DNA of 64,000 nt from Candidatus Latescibacterota bacterium (GCA_965226795.1 CBDDDZ010000005.1:928001-992000), one strand, 5' to 3'. Shown: positions 40,729 to 51,409, numbered from the stretch's first letter. A program made the numbers and translations. Notes: a model not told the origin generated them from the letters alone.

Positions 40729-41846
40729 AGATCCGTGACATCGATTCGATATTGATCAACTCACCAGGGCGGAAGTGGACTATCGTACGAGTACATACGG
40801 ACGAGGGACCGGTGGGGCTGGGTGAGGCCACCTACTCGCAAAAAGAGCCCGTGGTGGTTTCGGCGCTTGAACATATGAAGCAGGAACTGGTCGGTGAGGA
40901 TGTATCCCGGATCGAGTATCTATGGCACAAGATTTACCGGATTTCGTCACTCAGCGGCATCTGGCGGATGGTGGGGCCCGTCTGGATGAGCGCCCTGAGC
41001 GGAATCGATCAGGCGTTATGGGACCTGAAAGGCAAGGCGGCGAACCTCCCCCTCGTGGAGTTGCTCGGAGGAAGATTTCGAGACAGGGTCCGTGTTTATA
41101 CCCACTTCAGCGGCGCGACGCCCGAAGAATCGGCAAAACGCGCCAGGTATTGGGCCGACCGCGGATACAAGGCCCTGAAGACCGGCGCTCGCTCGAATAC
41201 AGGGCGCCCATTCGAATTCTACCTGGACGACGGGGCGCCGGCTGAAACGGCGGCCCATTTTGCGGCCGCCCGGGAAGCGGTAGGCCCGGAGATCGACCTT
41301 CTGGTGGACTGCCATGGGCGATTTACCGTTGGCGGGGCGGTACGGCTGGCGCGTGCGCTGGAACCCTATGATCTGTACTGTTTTGAAGACCCGGTACCAC
41401 CCGAGGATCTGTCCGCCTATCCGAAGGTAAGAAGCCAGACGTCCATTCCGATAATGGGCAGCGAACGGCTGAACACAAAGACGCAGTACCGACAACTGTT
41501 GGAGCTGGATGGGATCGATATCGCACAGCCTGATCTCATTTACGCGGGCGGGATAACGGAGGTGAAGAAGATCGCGGCGATAGCCGATACCTATCATGTC
41601 CCCATTTCCTTTCACAATACGAAGGGACCCGTGGGCATTCTGGCGGCGGCGCATCTGCTGGCTTCCATCCCGAACGAAGCGCCGATGGAGTTTGTCACCG
41701 GTATCGAATGGCGTGATGACATTCTGGTCGAACCGCTGAAGATCGAAGGTGGCTGCCTGGTGGTGCCGGAAGGGCCGGGCCTCGGGGTGGAGTTGAACAT
41801 GGAGGGCGTGGAGAAATATCGGTGGCGCGTGGGAGATCCCTATTGA
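40725..41846 (+). CDS. Mandelate racemase/muconate lactonizing enzyme family (DgoD-like acid-sugar dehydratase)
   Basis: GLGEA, SGIDQALWDLKGK, VDCHGR, FEDP, GSER, QPD, PGLGVE. Confidence 0.9.
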   Translation: MKIRDIDSILINSPGRKWTIVRVHTDEGPVGLGEATYSQKEPVVVSALEHMKQELVGEDVSRIEYLWHKIYRISSLSGIWRMVGPVWMSALSGIDQALWDLKGKAANLPLVELLGGRFRDRVRVYTHFSGATPEESAKRARYWADRGYKALKTGARSNTGRPFEFYLDDGAPAETAAHFAAAREAVGPEIDLLVDCHGRFTVGGAVRLARALEPYDLYCFEDPVPPEDLSAYPKVRSQTSIPIMGSERLNTKTQYRQLLELDGIDIAQPDLIYAGGITEVKKIAAIADTYHVPISFHNTKGPVGILAAAHLLASIPNEAPMEFVTGIEWRDDILVEPLKIEGGCLVVPEGPGLGVELNMEGVEKYRWRVGDPY

Positions 41847-41939
41847 CGGTGCGGCGAGCCACGGGTGTCCCGGTGTCTGTCTCGACAATGGGCGGCCCTC
41901 GGTCCTGTCGTTCGTTCGCGTTCCGGAATCGTTCCGACA

Positions 41940-43571
41940 ATGATTGACTTTGTGATCCGAAATGCCAGTATCGTCGATGGAACGGGAGCGGCCGCCTTTA
42001 CGGGCGACGTGGGTATAGAAGGGGACAGGGTCGCCGCCGTGGGCCGTGTGTCCGGCCCGGCCAGGGTGGAGATCGACGCGGCCGGGTTGACGGCGTCGCC
42101 TGGATTCATCGACATCCATACCCATTCGGACTACAGCCTGCTGATCGACGGGCGGGGCGAGAGCGCGCTCTACCAGGGTGTGACGACCCACGTATGTGGA
42201 AACTGCGGGATATCGGCATTTCCGGTGGCGGGGAACGGATTCTATTTCGGCCCGTTCGAGTCCGCTCGACTGCGATCTGAAGTCGCGGCGGATTGGGCTT
42301 CCGCAGCCGGGTATTTCGACGCGTTGGAGCGGCACGGCGTCGCCATCAATGCCGCGTTTTTTGTGGGTCATGGCGCTGTGCGGCACACGGTGATGGGACA
42401 ATCGGCGCAGCCGCCCGGCCGGGATGAGATGGAGGAAATGAAGCGGCTGGTCGACGCCCAGATGGCCGAGGGCGCGCTAGGCCTGTCCACCGGGCTGACC
42501 TATATGCCGGGCAGCAGTGCGAGGACAGACGAAATCATAGAACTGGCGGCCGTGACTGCACCATACGGCGGGATATACGCGACGCATATGCGCAACTATA
42601 CGGCGTCCATTATGGAAGCGCTGGAGGAGGCGATTGCGATCGGGAGGGAGGCGGGCGTTCCCGTTCATGCCTCTCACATAACGCCCTGTCCTCCGGCGAC
42701 GGGAAGTGCGCCGCGTCTGCTCGATCGGATTGAACGCGCGCGGGCGGAGGGGCAGGATGTAACGGCGGAAACGGAGTTCTATGCAACCGGGTCCACGTCT
42801 CTGAAGTCCCTCCTGCCGCCGTGGGCGCTGGAGGGCGGTAACGGGATGATGGTCGAACGATTGAAAGCGCCTCTATATCGACGGCGTATGTGGCGGGATA
42901 TACAGGAAGGCGGATCGGAACTGGGTGGGAGCACAAAGACGGTATTGATGCAGCGCGGTCTCTGGAGCAAACTCTGGCTGGGTAATTGCGACGTTAACGC
43001 GTCGCTGACGGGTAAGACCTTCGCTGAAATCGGTCGGATACGAAATACGCACCCGTTTGAGGCGATCTGCGACGTTCTGATCGATGAAGATGGCGCTGCC
43101 AGCTTTTATGGAGAGGACAAGACCGACCAGGACATCGACAGTCTCGCGAGGGGGGCGTATTGCGGTGTGGGTTCCGATGGCCTGGCAATGGCCAATACGG
43201 GTCCGCTGGCGGGCGAAAGGGAGCACCCCAGATGCTACGGAGGCATGGCGTATCTGATTCGAACGCTTGTACGTGAACGGCGTGTCCTGTCCCTTGAATC
43301 CCTCGTTCGAAAGCTGACCAGATTTCCGGCCGAGCGGATGGGATTTACGGATCGGGGTCTTCTTCAGGAAGGAAAACAGGCGGACCTGGTCCTGTTCGAT
43401 CCCGACGGGATGCTGGACCGGGCGACAATTCAGAATCCCTGTGTGTATTCTGAAGGGGTCCGTTGGCTTTTCGTCAACGGCGTAACCGCAATCAAGGACG
43501 GCAAAACTACGGGAAAGAGAGCCGGCATGGTGTTGCGGCGCGGGCTGCCCCCGAATGGCGGCCGTGATTAG
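41940..43571 (+). CDS. N-acyl-D-amino acid deacylase (D-aminoacylase) family amidohydrolase
   Basis: PGFIDIHTHSD, GVTTHVCGNCG, GLSTGLTY, THMRN, HPRCYG, ADLVLFD. Confidence 0.9.
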   Translation: MIDFVIRNASIVDGTGAAAFTGDVGIEGDRVAAVGRVSGPARVEIDAAGLTASPGFIDIHTHSDYSLLIDGRGESALYQGVTTHVCGNCGISAFPVAGNGFYFGPFESARLRSEVAADWASAAGYFDALERHGVAINAAFFVGHGAVRHTVMGQSAQPPGRDEMEEMKRLVDAQMAEGALGLSTGLTYMPGSSARTDEIIELAAVTAPYGGIYATHMRNYTASIMEALEEAIAIGREAGVPVHASHITPCPPATGSAPRLLDRIERARAEGQDVTAETEFYATGSTSLKSLLPPWALEGGNGMMVERLKAPLYRRRMWRDIQEGGSELGGSTKTVLMQRGLWSKLWLGNCDVNASLTGKTFAEIGRIRNTHPFEAICDVLIDEDGAASFYGEDKTDQDIDSLARGAYCGVGSDGLAMANTGPLAGEREHPRCYGGMAYLIRTLVRERRVLSLESLVRKLTRFPAERMGFTDRGLLQEGKQADLVLFDPDGMLDRATIQNPCVYSEGVRWLFVNGVTAIKDGKTTGKRAGMVLRRGLPPNGGRD

Positions 43572-43688
43572 GCTGCGCCGAGCGGCCGAGTCGAAACCCG
43601 GGAACCGCGGGTTGCCGCCCTTCCACGAGACGCAGATCGCGGATGGCGGGCTTGTGGCGGCAGCGGTTCGCTTCTGCCACCGGGCCAT

Positions 43689-46109
43689 TTGTCTCAGGAG
43701 TCAATCTTGATAACGGGTTGTCCAGGTATACGATCAGGAACGCTCACGACACCGGAACGAAAGCAGTCTTCGCCATCCGGTGCGTGCCGTGCCGACTCGA
43801 AACGGGATTGTGGGGATTTCATTCGAGGACAGGGCACGGCTCGGGTCTTTGTACTCGTGTGGGTCTTGCTTGTCTGCGCCGCATGCGCCGGCGTCGCGGA
43901 ACCGGCGCCTCTGTCCACTTTCCAGGATAGCGTGAATATCCTGCTCGCCGAGGTCCCGCTGGATTCGCTCCTGGTCCAGTATGGGGATTTGCTGTTCATT
44001 CCACCTGAAGGCACGGCTCGGATCCTGCGGGATCGTTTTGGCGTGCCTCACATTTACGGTTCGCGGGACGTCGATGTCGCATTCGGATTCGGTTACGCAC
44101 AGGCCCAGGATCATCTGGTGCCAATGTTGCTGAACTACCGGGCGGCGGCGGGAACGGCCTCGGAGGTGCTTGGCGCCGGCCACCTGGAGGGCGATGAGCG
44201 GGCATTGCTCTGGCGAATTCGGAGCGTCGCCGTCGAACGATACGGCGCGCTGCCTCCCGAAACGCGGGATCTTATTGGCGCATTCGTGGACGGTGTAAAC
44301 CACTTTATCGATGTCTACAGGGACGGGTTGCCGGATTGGGTGACGCACGTGGGCGGCACGGACGTCGTGGCACTGTCCCGGTGGCTGGTTATGTTGTTTG
44401 CGGAGCAGACGGGGCGATCCGAGCTGGCGCAGAAGGGGTTGACGCCGTTCCTGCGTACCCGGGCGACCTCAAATATGTGGGTCGTCGGAGGTTCTCGGAC
44501 CGCCGCCGGAAACCCTGTATTCGTGATGGATCTGCACCTGCCGTGGGAGGCGCCCTTTCAGACGTACGAGGCCCACCTTGTGAGCCGTGAGGGGCTGAAC
44601 GTCGGTGGTGTCACCCTATTTGGCATTCCGGTTATTCTGGCCGGCCACAACCGACACATCGCCTGGTCGCTGGCGGCGAACGAGGCGGATGTATTCGATC
44701 TTTACGAGTTGAAGCTGGATCCGGCCAATCGGAAACGGTATGTGTTCGAGAAGGGAAAAAGACGCATGTCATCGCAGCGCGTGCGGATCAGGGTCAAGGA
44801 GCCCCAGGGAGTCCGGGAGGTCGAGCGTGAATTAACCTATTCGCACCAGGGGCCGATCTACAAGGCCGTAGACGGTTGGGCGTATGCGGGGCGATGCAGC
44901 GCCGAGGAGATTGTCAATACAATAGGTCAGTTTTATATGATCAATCGGGCCGGGGATCCGGATGAGTTCGAAGGCGCGCTACGGATGCTCCAGCTTCCCA
45001 TGTTCCATGTCATGTACGGCGACCTGGAAGGACGTCTGTTATATGTATACAATGCTCGCAGTCCGATCCGGTCGGAGGAGTTCGACTGGCAAAGTCCGGT
45101 CCCCGGCTGGGTACCGGAGACGGGATGGCGGGGAATTATGGGGTACGAGTGGCTCCCACGGATTTTGAATCCGCTGGCGGATTTTCTGCAGAACTGCAAT
45201 GTTGCACCCGAGTTCGTAACTCGAAACAGCGGGCTCTCGCCCAGGGACTTTCCTCCTTACATGGGCTGGGGCGGGTTGGACGACCGGGGCCAGCGTCTGT
45301 TGTCATGGCTGTCGGCCAACCGGAAAGCGACGTTGTGCCAACTGAAGGAACTGGCCAGAGATCCGTATCTGATCGCGGCGGAGGAACTGAAGGGCTTCAT
45401 ATTGCGTGCCTACAATCGAACCTGGTGGGAAATCTACGACCCGGACGGGCAACTGGCCCACGCCGTAGAGCTTCTGCGCGGTTGGGACAGCCGGGCGTCG
45501 GTCGACAGCCGTGCAACACTGTTGTTCTCGGTCTGGAAATCGAGATTTAATGTACTTTTATCCGGAGTCTTGCCAGAGCAACTGGATCGTTTACGGGTCC
45601 TGGAGAAACTGGCGCTCGAGGCATTGAGGATGGCCGTCGAGCATATAATGACGACCTATGGGCGGCTGGACGTATCCTGGGGTGAGGTACACGTGATTGA
45701 ACGGGGTGACCGTCTATTCCCGGTGGGCGGCTCGCCGCCTGGCACGCAGGCGCTGCATACCACCTGGTCGATGCCGGATGAGGACGGCCGGTTTCGCGTC
45801 AACGGCGGATCAGCCTATACAATGGTGGTGGAACTGGCGGACCCCGTTCGATCCTGGAGCCTTCAGGCTCTCGGCAACAGTGAGGATCCGGAGTCGGACA
45901 ACTATCACGATCAGGCGGCGATGCAGGCAACCGGGGAGCTGAAGCGGTTCCGACTTGACGATGACGAAATCAGTGCGGACCTGCGGTCCGTGCTAACCGT
46001 GCCGCTGGAGCAGGCGGAGTTCGAGCGTGAGCAGTTTCGTGTCCAGTGGAAGCTTAGGTCGGCGTCGGACGAGACGGCGGAACCAGAGCCGGTAGGCGGA
46101 GGCGGTTGA
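43689..46109 (+). CDS. Penicillin acylase family (Ntn hydrolase, S45); start uncertain, probably exported
   Basis: RDRFGVPHIYG, FGYAQAQD, beta-chain start SNMWVV, DLHLPW, QNCN. Confidence 0.9.
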   Translation: MSQESILITGCPGIRSGTLTTPERKQSSPSGACRADSKRDCGDFIRGQGTARVFVLVWVLLVCAACAGVAEPAPLSTFQDSVNILLAEVPLDSLLVQYGDLLFIPPEGTARILRDRFGVPHIYGSRDVDVAFGFGYAQAQDHLVPMLLNYRAAAGTASEVLGAGHLEGDERALLWRIRSVAVERYGALPPETRDLIGAFVDGVNHFIDVYRDGLPDWVTHVGGTDVVALSRWLVMLFAEQTGRSELAQKGLTPFLRTRATSNMWVVGGSRTAAGNPVFVMDLHLPWEAPFQTYEAHLVSREGLNVGGVTLFGIPVILAGHNRHIAWSLAANEADVFDLYELKLDPANRKRYVFEKGKRRMSSQRVRIRVKEPQGVREVERELTYSHQGPIYKAVDGWAYAGRCSAEEIVNTIGQFYMINRAGDPDEFEGALRMLQLPMFHVMYGDLEGRLLYVYNARSPIRSEEFDWQSPVPGWVPETGWRGIMGYEWLPRILNPLADFLQNCNVAPEFVTRNSGLSPRDFPPYMGWGGLDDRGQRLLSWLSANRKATLCQLKELARDPYLIAAEELKGFILRAYNRTWWEIYDPDGQLAHAVELLRGWDSRASVDSRATLLFSVWKSRFNVLLSGVLPEQLDRLRVLEKLALEALRMAVEHIMTTYGRLDVSWGEVHVIERGDRLFPVGGSPPGTQALHTTWSMPDEDGRFRVNGGSAYTMVVELADPVRSWSLQALGNSEDPESDNYHDQAAMQATGELKRFRLDDDEISADLRSVLTVPLEQAEFEREQFRVQWKLRSASDETAEPEPVGGGG

Positions 46110-46124
46110 ATCGTGTTGCCCCGC

Positions 46125-46570
46125 ATGCGTTTGGAGGACAGAGTCGTGATGGTGACCGGTGCGGGCTCCGGCATCGGCATGGCCGCCGGATGGTGAACGC
46201 CGGAGGCGGAAAGATCGTCAATATCGCTTCACAGAATGGAGTGATTGGTTACTATCGCCGTGCGGCCTACTGTTCGAGCAAAGCCGGCGTGGTGAATCTG
46301 ACCCGAGTGCTGGCGCTCGAGTGGGCGCCACACGGCATCACCGTGAGCGCGGTGGGTCCCACGTTCATCCTGACGCCGCTGACGCAGTCCACGTTTGACG
46401 ATCCAGGGCTAAGAGAGGATCTAAGAGAGGATCTGTTAAAACGGATTCCGCTCGGGCGGGTGGGGCGTCCTGAGGACGTTGTCGGGGCCGTCGTTTTCCT
46501 CGCGAGCCCGGCCGCGGATCTGATAACGGGACATACATTGCTGGTAGACGGAGGCTGGACGGCCGTATAG
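46125..46570 (+). pseudogene. Internally deleted short-chain dehydrogenase (SDR) remnant
   Basis: MRLEDRVVMVTGAGSGIG (Rossmann motif) is joined out of frame to KIVNIAS...YCSSK...DGGWTA; about 100 aa of the middle are missing. Confidence 0.8.
46409..46432 (+). repeat. 12-bp tandem duplication CTAAGAGAGGAT x2 inside the SDR remnant
   Basis: Read directly; translates as LREDLRED. Confidence 0.9.
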
Positions 46571-46643
46571 GACGCGATAATCGGCGCATTGAATCCGGAT
46601 GTGCGCCTGCGACACCTGGATCCCGCTGGAGTGGGATGGACAA

Positions 46644-47609
46644 ATGGATTCGCACGAGATATCTGCAGTCGCCGTAATCGGGGCGGGAACCATGGGCCCC
46701 GGTATCGCCGACATGTTCGCCCGGGCGGGATGTCACGTCCATCTGGTAGACGTGAGCAATGTGCTGCTGGATCGGGCAATGGCGCGCCTGCGGCTGGGTC
46801 AGCAGGCGCTGATTGAAGCGGGCCTGCTGTTTTCCGATGACGCCGATGCGGCCGTATCGCGGGTGACGGTGACAACGGATCTGGCCGAAGCGTGTGACGG
46901 GTGTGAGTTTCTGTTGGAGGCCGTGACCGAAGACCTGGCGCTGAAGCAGGAGATGTTTACAACATTTGGCAGGCTTTGTCCGCCAGAAACCGTTCTGGCC
47001 ACCAATACGTCCGGTCTTTCCGTGTCCGCCATTGCCGGCGCGACCGTTCGTTCGGACAGGGTGGGTGGGATGCACTTCTGGAACCCGCCCCACTTGATTC
47101 CCCTGGTGGAAGTTATTCGCACCGATACGACCTCCGAAGACACGGCCGAACTCTTGAAATCGGTCGCACTCAGGCTGAACAAGAAGCCGATTGTGGTGCG
47201 GCGGGATATACCCGGGTTCGTGGGCAACCGCCTGCAGTTTGCCGTAGTGCGGGAGGCGTTGCACCTGCTGGAGGAAGGCGTGGCTTCGGCGGAGGATATC
47301 GACACCGCGATGACCGCGGGCCCCGGGCTCCGGTACAGCTTTCTGGGCCCTCTCCGGACGGCCGATCTGGGCGGATTGGACGTATTTCGAGCCATAAGCA
47401 GCTATCTGTTCGCCCAGCTTGGTGCGGATCGGGAGGCACCCGAAGCGTTGAATGCGCTTGTTGGGCAGGGAAAACTCGGTGCGAAAACCGGCTCGGGGTT
47501 TTATAATTATTCCGATGCCGATCTGGGGCGGTTTATACGGTATCGGGACCGGACCCTGTTGAGGTTGATGGAGGTCCTGAAAGCGGAAGAGGACGAAAAT
47601 CATGGCTGA
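46644..47609 (+). CDS. 3-hydroxyacyl-CoA dehydrogenase family
   Basis: VIGAGTMG, EAVTEDL, ATNTSG, GMHFWNP, PGFVGNRLQ, LGAKTGSGFY. Confidence 0.93.
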   Translation: MDSHEISAVAVIGAGTMGPGIADMFARAGCHVHLVDVSNVLLDRAMARLRLGQQALIEAGLLFSDDADAAVSRVTVTTDLAEACDGCEFLLEAVTEDLALKQEMFTTFGRLCPPETVLATNTSGLSVSAIAGATVRSDRVGGMHFWNPPHLIPLVEVIRTDTTSEDTAELLKSVALRLNKKPIVVRRDIPGFVGNRLQFAVVREALHLLEEGVASAEDIDTAMTAGPGLRYSFLGPLRTADLGGLDVFRAISSYLFAQLGADREAPEALNALVGQGKLGAKTGSGFYNYSDADLGRFIRYRDRTLLRLMEVLKAEEDENHG

Positions 47610-48600
47610 GTTGGCATCCGGCGCAGGGCCGTTGTTTACAGACCCCGACCCCGAGGCGGCGCGAAGGGTCTTCCGCAAGAAACGCGCGGCGTTCGAAGAC
47701 AAAGTGACGTCCGTCCGCGATGCGGTGCGCCGATTCGTAAAGGACGGGGACTATGTCGCTTCCGGCGGGTTCGGCGCGAACCGGATTTCAACGGCGTGCA
47801 TGCACGAGATCCTGCGGCAGGGCAAGCTGGATCTGGGTTTTGCGGGGCATACGACCACACACGACTTCGAGATCCTGGCTGCCGGCAATCGGAATGGCCG
47901 AAAGCTGCTATCGCGGGTGGATGCGGCTTACATAGTGGGGCTGGAAGCAAGGGGGTTGTCGCCACAGGCCAGGCGGATGATGGAAAGCGGCGAAGTCACC
48001 GTGTGTGAGTGGTCGAACTTTGCCCTGGCGGCGCGTTTCAGGGCCGCGGCTGCGGGGGTGCCGTTTATGCCGATGCGGAGCCTTCTGGGTACGGACACCT
48101 TCTGGCGCAGCGCAGCAAAGGAAATCATCTGTCCGTTCACGGGCCATAAACTCCTGGCGGTGCCGGCACTGTATCCCGACGTTTCGTTTATCCACGTGCA
48201 CGAAAGCGATCCCTGCGGGAACTGCCGGATTCGCGGGATCACGGTTGCGGATTTCGACCTCGCGCGAGCGTCGAAACGACTTGTCATTACAACGGAGCGA
48301 CTCGTCAGCACAGATAAGATACGTCGGACACCGGAGGCCACTGTGATTCCCGCATTCTGCGTGGATGCGGTCTGTGAGGTCCCGTTTGGTTCTTACCCGG
48401 GAAACATGGCGGGCGAGTATTTTTCGGATGAGGACCATCTGAAGGAATGGTTGGATGTCGAACGGGATGCGGAGAGATTCGAAGCCTTTCTTCAGAAGTA
48501 CATCTTTGGGGTTGAGCACTTTGAGGAGTACGTGCACCTGTGCGGCGGCACGGAACGGCTTAAGGAACTGCGGGAAATGGAGTTGCATCCGGGTTCGTAG
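47602..48600 (+). CDS. CoA-transferase subunit A (glutaconate CoA-transferase GctA-like)
   Basis: FVKDGD, EWSNFALAARFRAAA.GVPF, PDVSFIHV...D..GN, VDAVCEVPFGSYP. Confidence 0.88.
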   Translation: MAELASGAGPLFTDPDPEAARRVFRKKRAAFEDKVTSVRDAVRRFVKDGDYVASGGFGANRISTACMHEILRQGKLDLGFAGHTTTHDFEILAAGNRNGRKLLSRVDAAYIVGLEARGLSPQARRMMESGEVTVCEWSNFALAARFRAAAAGVPFMPMRSLLGTDTFWRSAAKEIICPFTGHKLLAVPALYPDVSFIHVHESDPCGNCRIRGITVADFDLARASKRLVITTERLVSTDKIRRTPEATVIPAFCVDAVCEVPFGSYPGNMAGEYFSDEDHLKEWLDVERDAERFEAFLQKYIFGVEHFEEYVHLCGGTERLKELREMELHPGS

Positions 48601-48674
48601 CCGGTCCCAAGACAAAGCGCTCCGGTTGTTTCCGGAGCATTCGCGGGCGACGAAGCGGCAGGAAGGAGAAGCGC

Positions 48675-49442
48675 ATGCCTGAATACAGCGCCACTGAACT
48701 GGCGATCTGCACGGCATCCAGAATGCTGGAGGACGGTGCGACGGTGGGTGTGGGAACCGGAGCGCCGTGCGCCACGGCGATGTTGGCACAGAAACGCCAT
48801 GCCCCGCATCTGCTTGTGGCGTTCGAAGCAGGAGGGCTCGCGCCCCTTTTGCCGTCTATGCCAATATCGGTTGGTGATTCGAGGACGTTCTTTCGAGCGC
48901 AGATGGCTACCAGTATGGGCGATGTTATGGAGGCGTGCCAGCGGGGGATGATGGACTATGCTTTTCTGGGCGGGGCGCAGATCGATCCGTTCGGCAATTT
49001 GAACTCAACGGTGATTGGGAGTCACAGACATCCCAGGGTACGGTTTCCCGGCAGTGGCGGCGGCAATGACTTCGCCAGTCTGTGCTGGCGCACAATGGTG
49101 ATGACGCAGCACGATCGAAGGAGGTTCGTGGAACGGCTGGATTTTTTGACCACACCCGGCTTCCTGTCGGGCCCGGGCGCCCGCGAAGCCGCAGGGTTGC
49201 CGCGTGGCGGGGGACCCCACAAGGTGATTACGGATCTGGCGGTGATGGGGTATGATCCCGATACCTGTCGGATGCAGGTGGAGAGTCTGCATCCGGGAGT
49301 CACGTTCGAAAGGGTCCAGGCGAACACCGGATTCGAGTTGTCGCTGGCGCACGAGGCGAGCGAGACGGTGCCGCCCGACGTGGAAGAATTGCGCATCCTG
49401 AGGGAAGAGGTGGATCCATTCCGGTACATTCTAGGCAGATGA
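48675..49442 (+). CDS. CoA-transferase subunit B (GctB-like)
   Basis: VGTGAP, FEAG (catalytic Glu), FLGGAQIDPFGNLN, PGSGG, SLHPGV, NTGF. Confidence 0.9.
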   Translation: MPEYSATELAICTASRMLEDGATVGVGTGAPCATAMLAQKRHAPHLLVAFEAGGLAPLLPSMPISVGDSRTFFRAQMATSMGDVMEACQRGMMDYAFLGGAQIDPFGNLNSTVIGSHRHPRVRFPGSGGGNDFASLCWRTMVMTQHDRRRFVERLDFLTTPGFLSGPGAREAAGLPRGGGPHKVITDLAVMGYDPDTCRMQVESLHPGVTFERVQANTGFELSLAHEASETVPPDVEELRILREEVDPFRYILGR

Positions 49443-49458
49443 AAGGCGGAGGTGACCG

Positions 49459-50322
49459 ATGGCATCTGTAAAAGAAACATATCGGTTCGACGAACTGACC
49501 TGGCCGGAGGTAAACGAAGCCGTGCGGTTGGGCAAGATTCCCATTATTCCGACGGGATCCGTGGAACAGCACGGGCACCATCTGCCGCTGAAGGTGGATC
49601 ATCTCTGCGCCAATGCGGTGGCAACCGAGGCTGCGAGGCTGAAGCCGGAGTTAAGCCTGGTATTACCGCCGGTCAGCTATGGCTACGTCCACCACGTCAT
49701 GGACTTTCCGGGTTCATTGAACATTCATTTTGAGCATTTTATACAATATGTGTTGGATATCTGCAAGAGTCTGGCCTATCATGGGTTCAAGAAGATGATT
49801 CTGGTGAACGGCCACGGATCCAACCACAATCTGGTGGATATGGTGGCCAGGCGCACGATTGTGGAGACGGACGCAAGCTGCGTGTTCTGTTCCTGGTGGC
49901 AGTTGTTGAAGGTGAATCCGGATTTCGACAGGAAGTGGCGGGAGAGCGTTTTTCCCGGCGGCTGCGCCCATGCGGGCGAACTGGAGACATCCATGATGCT
50001 GTACCTGGCGCCCGAAAGCGTGCGTACTGATCGGATCAGGAGTGAAATCGCAAAGACGAATAAACTCGGATCGAAATTCGTCTGGACGGATCTGTTTGCA
50101 AAGGGAGCGATGGGGTTGATCGAGTGGACCAGTCAGTATACGGACAGCGGTGTGATGGGCGAGGCGGAAAAGGCGACGGCGGAGAAGGGGAGGATCGTAT
50201 TCGAGGAAGCCAGCCGGAATCTGGCGGAGTTCATCGAGGAATACCACGCGATGAAAATCTCAGAACGCACACCGCGCCAGACGGATGCGCCCACGTTTCC
50301 TTTGTCGTTTCCCACGGATTAG
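49459..50322 (+). CDS. Creatininase-family amidohydrolase
   Basis: GSVEQHGHHLP..VD, HVMDFPGS, NGHGSN, HAGELETS, ATAEKG. Confidence 0.92.
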   Translation: MASVKETYRFDELTWPEVNEAVRLGKIPIIPTGSVEQHGHHLPLKVDHLCANAVATEAARLKPELSLVLPPVSYGYVHHVMDFPGSLNIHFEHFIQYVLDICKSLAYHGFKKMILVNGHGSNHNLVDMVARRTIVETDASCVFCSWWQLLKVNPDFDRKWRESVFPGGCAHAGELETSMMLYLAPESVRTDRIRSEIAKTNKLGSKFVWTDLFAKGAMGLIEWTSQYTDSGVMGEAEKATAEKGRIVFEEASRNLAEFIEEYHAMKISERTPRQTDAPTFPLSFPTD

Positions 50323-50440
50323 TTTCTTATCTCCGAAGCCGTGCGAGCACGGGGGTCGATGACGACTTCTCTGCGTTCGAGCCGTGGAAGCACCCGGTCG
50401 GCGGTGGTTGTGGATAGCAGGTTCCAAAAGGGGGTGTAGA

Positions 50441-51409
50441 ATGAAGCTTGTTACATATGGGATTGGAAGAGACCGGTATGTGGGGTCCGTGGTGGCCGAT
50501 GGCAGAATCGTCGTGGATCTCGCGGCCGCGGAAAGGGAACTGGCCAGCGGCCAGGGTCGGGAGGCGCGTGGCTTTTTTGGCAATATGCTCGCGTTGCTCG
50601 ATGCGGGAGGGGCCGGTCTGCGCGCGGCGAAACAGGCAACGAAAATGGCTGAGGACCGGCTGGGAGGCAAAGCGGACGGCCGGCTTGGCCGACCGATCGG
50701 AATGGTGAAGATCAAGGCGCCTGTGCCGAACCCCCGCAAGGTGTTCTGCCTCGCGGGCAACTACCAGGACCATATCGAAGAAGGCGGCGGTAAAATAGCC
50801 ATTCAGGACAGGGAGACGCCGCGGGTTTTCATGAAGCCGCCGTCAACGACCGTGATCGGCCCCGGAGACCGCATTCTGATTCCACCCGTAGCCAGGTCGA
50901 TCGACTGGGAGGGGGAGTTGGCCGTGGTGATGGGGCGACGGGCGAAAGCGGTGAAGGCGCACGATGCACTGAAATACGTGGCCGGATATACCATTATGAA
51001 CGACGTGTCCGAACGGGATCTGCTGATCAAGGAACGCACCGAGAGCCGTGACCGCGACAAGTGGTTTGATTGGCTTAATGGCAAGTGGCTGGATACGTTC
51101 GGGCCCCAGGGCCCGTGGATTGTTACGTCCGACGAGATACAGGATCCACAGGCGCTGGAGATCAGCACGTACGTGAACGGCGAAAAAAAGCAGAACAACA
51201 ATACGGGGCAGATGTTGTACCCCGTCAATATGATCATAGAGTATATTTCAGCGATAATCACCCTCGAGCCGGGTGATCTGATCAGTACCGGAACAATATC
51301 AGGAGTAGGCGCGACCACCGGAACCTTCATGAAGCCGGGTGACCGCGTGGAGATTGAAATCTCCGGAATCGGAGTGTTGCGGAATGGAGTGGCGGCAAGC
51401 GAACGATGA
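50441..51409 (+). CDS. Fumarylacetoacetate (FAA) hydrolase family
   Basis: CLAGNYQDH, FMKP, DWEGELAVV, GYTIMNDVSER, GKWLDTFGP, LEPGDLISTGT. Confidence 0.93.
   Translation: MKLVTYGIGRDRYVGSVVADGRIVVDLAAAERELASGQGREARGFFGNMLALLDAGGAGLRAAKQATKMAEDRLGGKADGRLGRPIGMVKIKAPVPNPRKVFCLAGNYQDHIEEGGGKIAIQDRETPRVFMKPPSTTVIGPGDRILIPPVARSIDWEGELAVVMGRRAKAVKAHDALKYVAGYTIMNDVSERDLLIKERTESRDRDKWFDWLNGKWLDTFGPQGPWIVTSDEIQDPQALEISTYVNGEKKQNNNTGQMLYPVNMIIEYISAIITLEPGDLISTGTISGVGATTGTFMKPGDRVEIEISGIGVLRNGVAASER

Noticed and set aside
49459..50322. Mycofactocin peptidase MftE assignment for the creatininase-like gene
   Set aside because: No mftA/B/C/D/F genes or radical SAM enzyme in the window.
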